Assembly: GCA_964016885.1 (NCBI GenBank)
Contig: OZ024746.1
Span: 45,880,001 to 45,944,000 of the forward strand
Length of the DNA: 64,000 nucleotides
Direction: 5' to 3'
Source of the DNA: Eledone cirrhosa
Lineage: Eukaryota
Shown: piece after piece, positions 54,898-64,000 of the stretch
Numbering within the stretch: position 1 is the first letter of the stretch
Layout of the letters: every line of letters starts with the position of its first letter
Program-made: the position numbers and the translations under genes
Notes under the pieces: generated by a model
Told to the model about the DNA's origin: nothing
Database searches by the model: none
What the model saw: only the letters and a program-made list of their open reading frames with translations

Positions 54898-56266
54898 TAT
54901 ATATATATATAACTTGTATTTTCAAATGGCTTAGTAGTATCCCTTTTAGAAATGTCAAAAGTACAGAGCAATAATTTGCAGAGCCTTTACATGCTCCAAT
55001 AATTTGATTCTGAGATCATGTCAAATATTGCTTAAACGTAATGGAGTAAAAATAATTTTTACTTCTTTATGCATACATGGAAAAAAAATCCATGCGTCTC
55101 AAAAATACATATCATTCCAATTGCTGTCACAAGTTATGTATTGCCTATGTTTCTAAGTTTGCATGAATGGGCTTTTTTCTGCTTGCCATATGTTGTTAGA
55201 TTTATAATAAAATTGATGCTAGCAAATTTTGAATAACAAGTATATTTCTATTCAGTCATATTCAACATGAATATAAACTAATCTTATTCATAAAATGTTA
55301 GAATAGATTATTTTATCTTCAAGTAACTCAGAAATCGCTAAACTTTACCAGAGTTACTTAAGATATCAATGACCCTATTTTCAATGGCTGCTTAGTGTCA
55401 GCTCAGCCCAAGAGCAGAAAAACTATGGTCAAAGGCATTCTAATCCTGACAATTCTAACTTTTTAAAGGTTATGTAGAAGTAGATTATCTAATGTCTCCT
55501 TTCCTTATTCAAAACATTTTTATGATTTGAGGGGAATTTATGTAATATTTGAAGTATGTCTAGCAACCAAGTAATGGCCGAATCATTTTCTAAATAGCAG
55601 AAAAATAATTGGAATATGTCTTTTGTATCAGATGTGCAGTTAATCAAGTTAGGTACAAAATGACTACTTAGTGAATGTGTCAGCAACACTTATGAGAAAA
55701 ATATGTTCTGACATAATGCTTACAGCTGAAACTACATAAAATAGCTTACTAATGTCTGTCTTCAGAAACTTTAACTTTGGTAGAAATAGTTAGTGAGCAA
55801 GAAACATTCAGTTATAGATTTGCTGTCAGATTTAGAGTCTTTTAACCTATAACTACATTTAACCTAATACTATGTTCGATAGTCCAGACATAATGGGAAG
55901 GTGATAACACAAGCTGGATGCATGTTAACCTTTTCATGACTGTATGAAATATACTCTGTTTCAATTAATTGGTACAGAGGATTTACTAAAATTATTAATT
56001 ATTATGTTACTAAGATAGTAAATTAACATATGGTTCTCATATCAATGATGTTTTATTTAAATAGGAACACTTTACAATGGGTTAGGTAGTTTAATTTCAT
56101 AGAATTAAAGCTGGTTTTAGTCTTGTTGTTATAAAAAAAGGATAATACTTTGGTCAACACCCTGCATACCATATAAAGAAACATGTTTTTTCGTCTGTGT
56201 AAATGAGGTAATTAATCTCATTTGCATATGAAGCTGTATAAGTTGGCTCAACTTAATATAGAATAG

Positions 56267-56430
56267 AATTAGAATTTAGCTTCGAACATAGATGTATACA
56301 AATATGTATTTGAATTTCGTATTTCTAAAGAAATACGGTATGTTATGAATAAACATTTAGAAAGCCATAGCTATGAATGACACTGGAAGCTAACGCTGTA
56401 TACAGCTATGTTCGAAGCTAAATTCTAATT
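56267..56430. repeat. Inverted repeat (34-bp arms, ~96-bp spacer) next to (TA)n(TG)n
   Basis: AATTAGAATTTAGCTTCGAACATAGATGTATACA pairs with TGTATACAGCTATGTTCGAAGCTAAATTCTAATT. Confidence 0.9.
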
Positions 56431-56437
56431 ATATATG

Positions 56438-56507
<70 letters not shown>

Positions 56508-59398
56508 TGTGTGTGTGTGTGCGTGTGTAATATGTAGATTCCCGAGTTGTGTTGGGGGTAATACAATAACTTAATTTCATTTGAAAACTAATTTTCACAA
56601 CTTCTCAATAATGCAAAACACATTTTCCCTATCTTCAAATAATTCTCAAATATATTTTAAAACAACTAACATTTTGTATTATTTTCCCATTGTAGCATTT
56701 TGCTTTATGAATAGAAGAAAAAAGCAAATAAACATGAAGCAATTTTTAATATTTTGTTATTTAACAAATATTATAATACGTAAGCTCTGTGTCCTTTTTG
56801 TGTGTGGAAAGAGACATGTATATATGTTTTGGAATGTGTATGATTACAACATGGTTCAATGGTTAAAAATGTGTGTTTCAGTCATGGAGTCATGAGTTTA
56901 ATACGACAGCATGGAATCTGGGCAAGTGTTTTCTACCATAGTCTCTTTGTCAAACCAAGCCTTTTGAGGGAAATTAGATAGGCAGAAATTGAGTGGGAGC
57001 TCAATGGGTCGATTATTCATGCAATTAACAAGCTTGGCCATGTTGATTGTGTCATGTTGATTCTGCTTGGGGGTTGTATCAAGGTTATTTCTATCTGTGG
57101 TATACTCATCCATTTATAAGCTAATTCAACAAAGTGGTCGTTATTATAAAAAAATAGAGATTCATTTATTTCACTTTTAGGTGCTATAACAAAGCTGATG
57201 ATAAAAGTTTTGGATAGCAACAAAAATGGCAGCAGTTTGTATCCTTTCACTGGCAATGCCTTGTGTCTATGGTAAATCACAACTGTAATGGGGTTCAGCT
57301 TATCTAAAACTATACATGTATCTCATAATAGGAACAACTTGTTTCTGTAATCATCACCAGCAGCACTGTAAAATGGAGGATTTCAATAGTTTATAATATT
57401 CAGTTCAACACACCCTTCAGTGAGGTATTAAATGTTTTAGGGGTATGAACTCTATGAGGTTAACATGCTGTAGTTCCATTAAATGAAGATGATGTTTCAG
57501 TAGTGCTTTACGAATTTAGTTAGATTTAAAACTCATCACATTACCTTGTGTAATGCATGATGTTCTACTATATTGTTGCAGATTTTACATCTGCTTTGAA
57601 TGTATATTTATTATATATACATAGATGCATTCAATATACTTTGTAAAGTGGGTGTTGAACAAACAGACAGACAACATTGGATAGAGAGAACATGACAACT
57701 TCTCTAGTACTGGTTCCATGATAGAATACATCCAGTACATTTTGTGAAGTAATTGGTGTTAGGAAGCGCTTCCATCCATAGAACTATGCCACAAATGGAA
57801 TGTATGAGTGAGATGTGCAGGAACATAGTAACTCTAAATAAGAAATTAATCGGATCATGATGAGTTGCTTAACCCATGACAACATGGAAAATTGATAGTA
57901 TTGATAATGTACATTATGACACACATTTTCTATTGTTCATTTTTCTTCGTTTCTTCATTTCATCTTCACTTTTCTTCCTTCAATGCACTTAGCATATTTT
58001 CATTCAAGTATTATTTTCAGATATCCTCAGTTATTCAAACTATCATATCATGTCATATGTACAGCTATCTATTCAAATGCTTTGTCCAATGTCTGTTGAG
58101 TCTACACTTATCTCAGCCAATATATACATATATACATTTCTGATTAAAAAAATTGTGATATCTTCCTCTCATCATAATTTTACATCCAGTTTTCCATGTT
58201 GACATGTATTGACTGGATTTTCATGGCCCATGTAATCTTCTTGTATATGTAGCAACCAAGACAATAGATCAGCTTTGGTATTACTTAATGGTTTATTATG
58301 CCACCAACACTAAAGAGTTTGTTCTTTGAGAAAAGGATTGGATCAGTTTTTATCCAGAGTTAATGATCTCCAAAACACATAGCCTGTGATGCAACTTGTA
58401 GAGACTATATATTTCTTGCTATATTCCTTTGTTGACATGGCTTCTATGACTAGATATCTTTCCTATCATACACTTTACAGAGTGTAGCATGTGCATGTTG
58501 TTGAAATTCTAGCACTATCTTTTGAGTAAATAATGTTATGTCACCTGAATTGTCATTAATACGTAATGCTTTATATTTTCACTGTTCACAAATATATGTG
58601 TGTTATAGTGATTTATTAAATACATTTAACATCACAAGAAATGAAAATTCAATGTCTTTCTGATGCCATTAAATATACTCACATGTTAGATGATGACAAG
58701 GAATTCGGTCATTCATTCATCAGACTATTATGCTACAAATATATATTCATATGCATTCACACACACACATGAATCTTTGATTCTTTACTACAACCATTAA
58801 ACTTACCCAACAATTACATCTAAACTCCCCCAGTATTTCACTACTCAAATATTGTAGTAAATACTTTATCCAATGATTCCTCTAAAAAATGAGCTTTTCT
58901 AGAATTTGTTCTCACTACCTGTTTTTTATATTGACAACCACCCGAAGTAGTTCAAACTAAACATGACTAACATAAATCTCAACACTCTTGGATGGTCCTC
59001 AAGAATCATAAGTACTTCCTGTCATCTCTAGCTAATATATAGAGAAATGCATAGAATAGTAGATATTTCTTAAGAGATTTTAATCAGACAAAACTATGAA
59101 TTATTTGCAAATGTGCTTTGATATCTAAAAGCTGCTTATTTACTGTTTTACACACACACACACACATATATATATATCAGTATTAATGAATATTTAAAGT
59201 CATCAAAATTCATATGAAAGTAAATGAATACCTTTGTACTTAGATTTAAGACAAATACTTAAGCCAGAAGCAACTTTTGATTTTCAAATCAGTTCCATAT
59301 GCTTGACTTTGTTGTCATAATGCTTAATCACTTTTCAGTTTCTTCTTTGTACAATGAAATGCATTTTCATAGCCAGCAAGATTAAAAGAGAAATGTAA

Positions 59399-59695
59399 TA
59401 ATTGTTTCTACTTTTGGCACAATGCCAGCAATTACCCGGTACATTATTGGTACTTTATTTTATCGACCCCGTAAGGATGAAAGGCAAAGTTAAGCACAAG
59501 GCCAACATTTGGTGTGAGAGGAAAGTTAATTAAATCAACACCAGTGCATTACTGGTGCTTTATTTTATCGACTCTGTAAGGATGAAAGATAAAGCTAATC
59601 TTGGCATGATTTGAACTCAGAAATGTAAAGGGACATAACTATTTGCTGCTAAGAATGTTGTCTGATGCTTTACCAAAACTGTCAATCAATTGCCC
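59399..59695 (-). mobile_element. Two adjacent SINE family A copies (one truncated)
   Basis: Two TTTATTTTATCGAC..GTAAGGATGAAAG..AAAG bodies. Confidence 0.85.
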
Positions 59696-61770
59696 TGTAC
59701 TGAAATGTAATAATATTAGTGAAAATATTACATATTTCCAAGTGAAACAGAATCACATTCTCAAATCTTTTAGGCCAACATTAAATGTTACTATTTTGTT
59801 GGAACTTACCAATGTCAATAATCTTTGCTATAATGTCCATTCTCAACCTTCCCAAAGTGACACCAAAATCTTTGGCTCTCTCTTTAGAGTCCCCAAATAA
59901 CTCCCCCGATCAGTAACAAATACACTTGACTGGAGTAATGTAAAACAAGATAGAATCTCTGGCAGTCAATACTACCATTTATCACCATTTAACGTCTATT
60001 TTCTATGCTTGCATATGTTAGATGGCTGTTGTGTTGTAAGAGCAGACTGATCAGGCAACTAGGTCCTGCTCATATGCTTTGTTTTGGCTTGGTTTCTACA
60101 GCAACCTCTTTACAACATGTATTGGGAGCATGGTTTCCAGTACACACTCTAACGTGGTGAGTGTTATTCAAAAGAAAATTGTCTGTCCTATAAAGTAACA
60201 CTCACAGACAGAAAACATTTTATACTAATACTACTGTTGATCAACATCCTCCTTGTAACTCTTCTATAATATCTATAACATACCTTTCTTATTAAATCTT
60301 GGTGGTAGGTTTCATCCTGCAATAGAACCATTCTATTTTACCTGTTTCTTCATATTCTCCATATGTAGCAATGAAAAATGTTTCCTAAAGCTATATATAA
60401 TGTTACAAATACTACAAGTTAAATGTTTATTACATAGTTTATTGATATATTGAAGACAATAAATTTCAGATGTCAACAAATTATTGAAATATAAAATTTG
60501 AAGGTTAACATATGTTGTTTGAATGTGTGCAAACCATTAACTTTATGTATAAATCATAAGTTTTTGTGAATGTTATTTTAGGTGTATATCCCCATACCTC
60601 TCATTAGATGTATAGATGCATGTCTGCGTGTATAGACATCGACATATTTATTCACATAAATCAAACAGCTGTAATAATAATTTTCACTATTTTGTAAATC
60701 CCTTTTCTCATGATTTTCTCTGAGTATTATTTACTCTTGATATATGAGATTGTACTGAACAATTTATATGTACTTGTTGAATTTTTGTTTCTATTAATAT
60801 GTTTCTCTTCCCTCTTTCTATATATGAATGGCATGACTTATGTTTGTTGAAAAATTTGATTTAAAGTGCAATACCCATCCTATGATGTCTGTGTTTTTAT
60901 TCTACCAGGCAAACTAATGTGAGCCAAGCTAGGTGTTTGATAAAAAAGGTATAACACAATGAATGTAGCAAGATTGGAAATTATTACTATGTAGTTCAAC
61001 ACTTTAATACATATAACTATAGTGCTTACTTCTGTTCGCACTTTCATGAAGAAACCGAATGTATCTGCAACTAAAGGGTAATAAATCTGTAGTAAATGAT
61101 GATATCACACATTAGGTATAAAAACATGGCGATATGAAATCAAATTTATCTAAAACAATAATTATTTTTCTATTTAAACTAAATGTGTTCTGTCTAGCAA
61201 ACATATCAGGTTCTTAGAACAGTGGTGGTCCAGCTGTCCTATGCTCACTCCCTGTATTGACAAATATGCCCAGCTGCTATAATTTCAAGTATTCTAACAA
61301 CATATGACAACAGGGAGGCTTTTGCAATTGAACTTGCCTGTATGAACCTGACTAGAATGCTTTGCAGCATGACTCCTCAGTCATAATAAAGGCAGTCTAA
61401 CAAAGACAGAAGTAACTTTGAATGAAATTTTGCATGGATGATGCATGGACTCCACAGTTAATATAACCCAGGAGAACAATAATTCTAAATAAAAATAAAA
61501 TCTGCACAGATGTAGTGTGGTCTATGATAAACATATAGAAGGCAATTGGTCTAAGAGATCAGTAACTCTGAATAAAATACAGAGGGGGCATCTTATTCCT
61601 GATAAACAACTTCTCTAGTGCTGATGTCATGAGAAACTAAACACATTGAGTATGCTTAAATCATGACATCCAGAATAAAAAGACCTAATTGCATATATGT
61701 TTGTGCTGCATGTGGCAGTGAGGTAGTGAGATACTAAGATAGGAACATCTGGCCATGTGTGAAAAGCTCT

Positions 61771-61822
61771 TAATCATCATTAAATGATTGCAATAATTAT
61801 TGCAATCATTAAATGATGATTA
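61771..61822. repeat. 52-bp near-perfect palindrome
   Basis: TAATCATCATTAAATGATTGCAATAA-TTATTGCAATCATTAAATGATGATTA. Confidence 0.9.
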
Positions 61823-62079
61823 GTCTTTATAATTAGTCTTCTCTCAGATATGAAACACAGACAGACATCAAACAACCAGCACGCCCTTGGAAATGTTTCT
61901 CACTCTTTCAGGTACAAAACTTCAAGGCTGCCATGATGAAAGTTAAACCTGGAGAGATCATAGTGATGCTGGAGTTGAGGCAAGTAGAGGCGAAGTGTAT
62001 ATAAGGTGAAAGTGAGGCTCAACCAGACTCTAATTATGCAAAAGACACAAGTACAAGTTCTTCTGAGTAGGTGACAGGG

Positions 62080-63866
62080 TTGGGTTTGGTGAAGTAGTCA
62101 TTTGGTTTGTAGAGGTAATCAGAGTATGGGATAACATGAGAGAAGCAGCACTTCAATCAGACAGTTCAAATGAGCAGCATAACCATTTCAATGAGGTCCT
62201 CATGCAGAATATTTTGATAACAAATGACAGTAACCTTGTTATCATGGTTGGTTACTTTAATGAACATAATGGTTAACACCATAATGGAGACTTTAGATAT
62301 GATACAAGGAATGAAGAAGGATCATAGCCCTTAAAAGTTGGTGATGCAAACAACCTAACTATATGCAACACTAACATCAAGAAATAGGAGAGATTCCTGA
62401 TTAACTACAGATCAATTGAACACACAAGCCAGGTAGACTTCAAACTTACAAAGAAATGGGATAGGAAATTGCTTGTGAATACTAAATCCTTCCCTGGTAA
62501 AGAATGTATAACACAGCATAGACTATGATCAGTAACAGATAGACAAACTTAGAGAAACAAGACAACCTCAAGAATGAAAGCATAGAAGCTAAACATTCCT
62601 TGTCAAAGCAGAATACTAGTTGATGCATATGATAAGAAAGCTGAAAGTTAGAGATTTATATTATAAAGGACAACTGGTAGTTTCTATAAGGCAAACAATC
62701 GGAAGCCATAAACAAGATATGTGGATATATCTAGTAATATTCAAAGTGACAAAGCAGTAAAATAGTACAGTAGGCAGAACCATAACACTAAGATACAGGC
62801 CTTGAAAGGCTGGAGGAAAGTGGGATGCAAGGAACAATATCAGCTATCAAGAAAAGAAACAAGTTATCAGGTATACGTAACATGGAGAGCAACTGAAAGA
62901 AAAGGTTTGTCAATGTTTTGCCATGGGAGGACCAGATGTGTGAGGTATTTCAAATTACAAAGCAGTTTGTCACCCAAGATGCCACTGGGGAAAAGTATGT
63001 CTGGAGTGAGAGTGACACATTTTCCATTGCTGAGATTGGGAATGGAGCTACACAGAAATATTATTGGGTGAGATTGCAGGCTGCAGAAAATACACAAGAG
63101 AATAAAGGACTACCCCAAATAGACCCAACAGAGACGTCAGCTATTGAAACTGACAGCTACATATATGGTCAGAAGCATAATAAAGGATAGAAAGACAGTC
63201 ACAAATCTTCTGAAAATATCCAGTGAAGTAGAACACACTTTAATCACACAAATACTGATTGAAATGGTAGAGGGAGACATCATACACAATGATTGACAGA
63301 GCAGTATCATGATCAGCTGCTACATAGGCAAAATAAATGCTTTAAAAAGAAGCAATGACAAAGGCATCTATCTGATGAAGGAGATTATAAACGTAACAGA
63401 AAGAGTTATAGCACAGCCGATTAGGAAGAGAATTAACTTTTAGATGAGAGCAGGGAAAAGAACTGTGTGGACAGAGTTCAGAAACCTACGACCTCTATTG
63501 GTAAGAAATGTGATCCTTTTACCAAGTGAAAGGCAGATTATATGATGCCAGTGTATAAAGTGCAATGTTATATAGAAGCAAAACATGAGCACTGAATATG
63601 TAACACAGAGGGAAAGACTGCACTTGTATAGACATGTGGCATGTGAGAAGGATAATAGTTAGGTAAAAAGTGCAATGCAATCCGGTGGGAGGAACCTATA
63701 GTAGAGGAAGCCCAGGTAAAACATGGAAAGAAGTGGCTAAAGCTGTCCTTAGGAGGCTGAAACTTGAGAAGATGATAATGGAAACGTGGTCAGGCATTCA
63801 GCTTGGGTAGATCTCTCTAAACCATGCAAGTAGGGAAAAAAGGACAGGAAAATGATGATGATGATA
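62080..63866 (+). mobile_element. Decayed, internally deleted RTE LINE (APE endonuclease, RT pieces, (GAT)n tail)
   Basis: VIMVGYFNEHNG; TRNEEG; ANNLTICNTNIKK; TSQVDF; SFPGKECITQHRL; KGRLYDA. Tail is CCATGCAAGTAGGGAAAA..(ATG)n. Confidence 0.82.
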
Positions 63867-63906
63867 TTGATGCTAATAGTATATAATAATAATAATAATA
63901 ATAGTA

Positions 63907-64000
63907 ATAATTGTTTCTACTTTAGGCACAAGGCCAGCAATTACCCAGTGCATTACTAGTACTTTATTTTATCGACCCCGTAAGGATGAAAGGCAAAGTC
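63907..64000 (-). mobile_element. SINE family A (runs off window end)
   Basis: TAATTGTTTCTACTTTAGGCACAAGGCCAGC...GTAAGGATGAAAGGCAAAGTC next to a (TAA)n tract. Confidence 0.9.

Overview
AT-rich eukaryotic, repeat-dense non-coding DNA. The SINE/RTE repertoire and the abundance of (TA)n, (GA)n and (GAT)n tracts suggest a cephalopod (Octopus-like) genome, but this is inference. I found no intact host gene; most ORF-track entries are translated microsatellites or chance ORFs. Supportable content: two tRNA-headed SINE families, several decayed RTE-clade LINEs (some with a Cys-rich finger inside the RT), an internally deleted Gypsy LTR element, a mariner relic, and mariner, piggyBac, hAT and pogo-type MITEs. 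Three signals stand out. (1) About eight minimal hammerhead-ribozyme-like motifs (CTGANGA..stem..GAAA..NTH) with different but self-pairing stems sit in short elements in or beside (TA)n tracts. These elements often carry an inverted copy of their own 3' part, like Penelope-type pseudo-LTRs. (2) A SINE insertion appears to have snapped back on its own hairpin and made a 285-bp inverted duplication that includes flanking DNA. (3) A 2.4-kb non-coding foldback carries repeated E2F, E-box and CCAAT motifs. All alignments and folds were done by eye, so boundaries of decayed elements are approximate.
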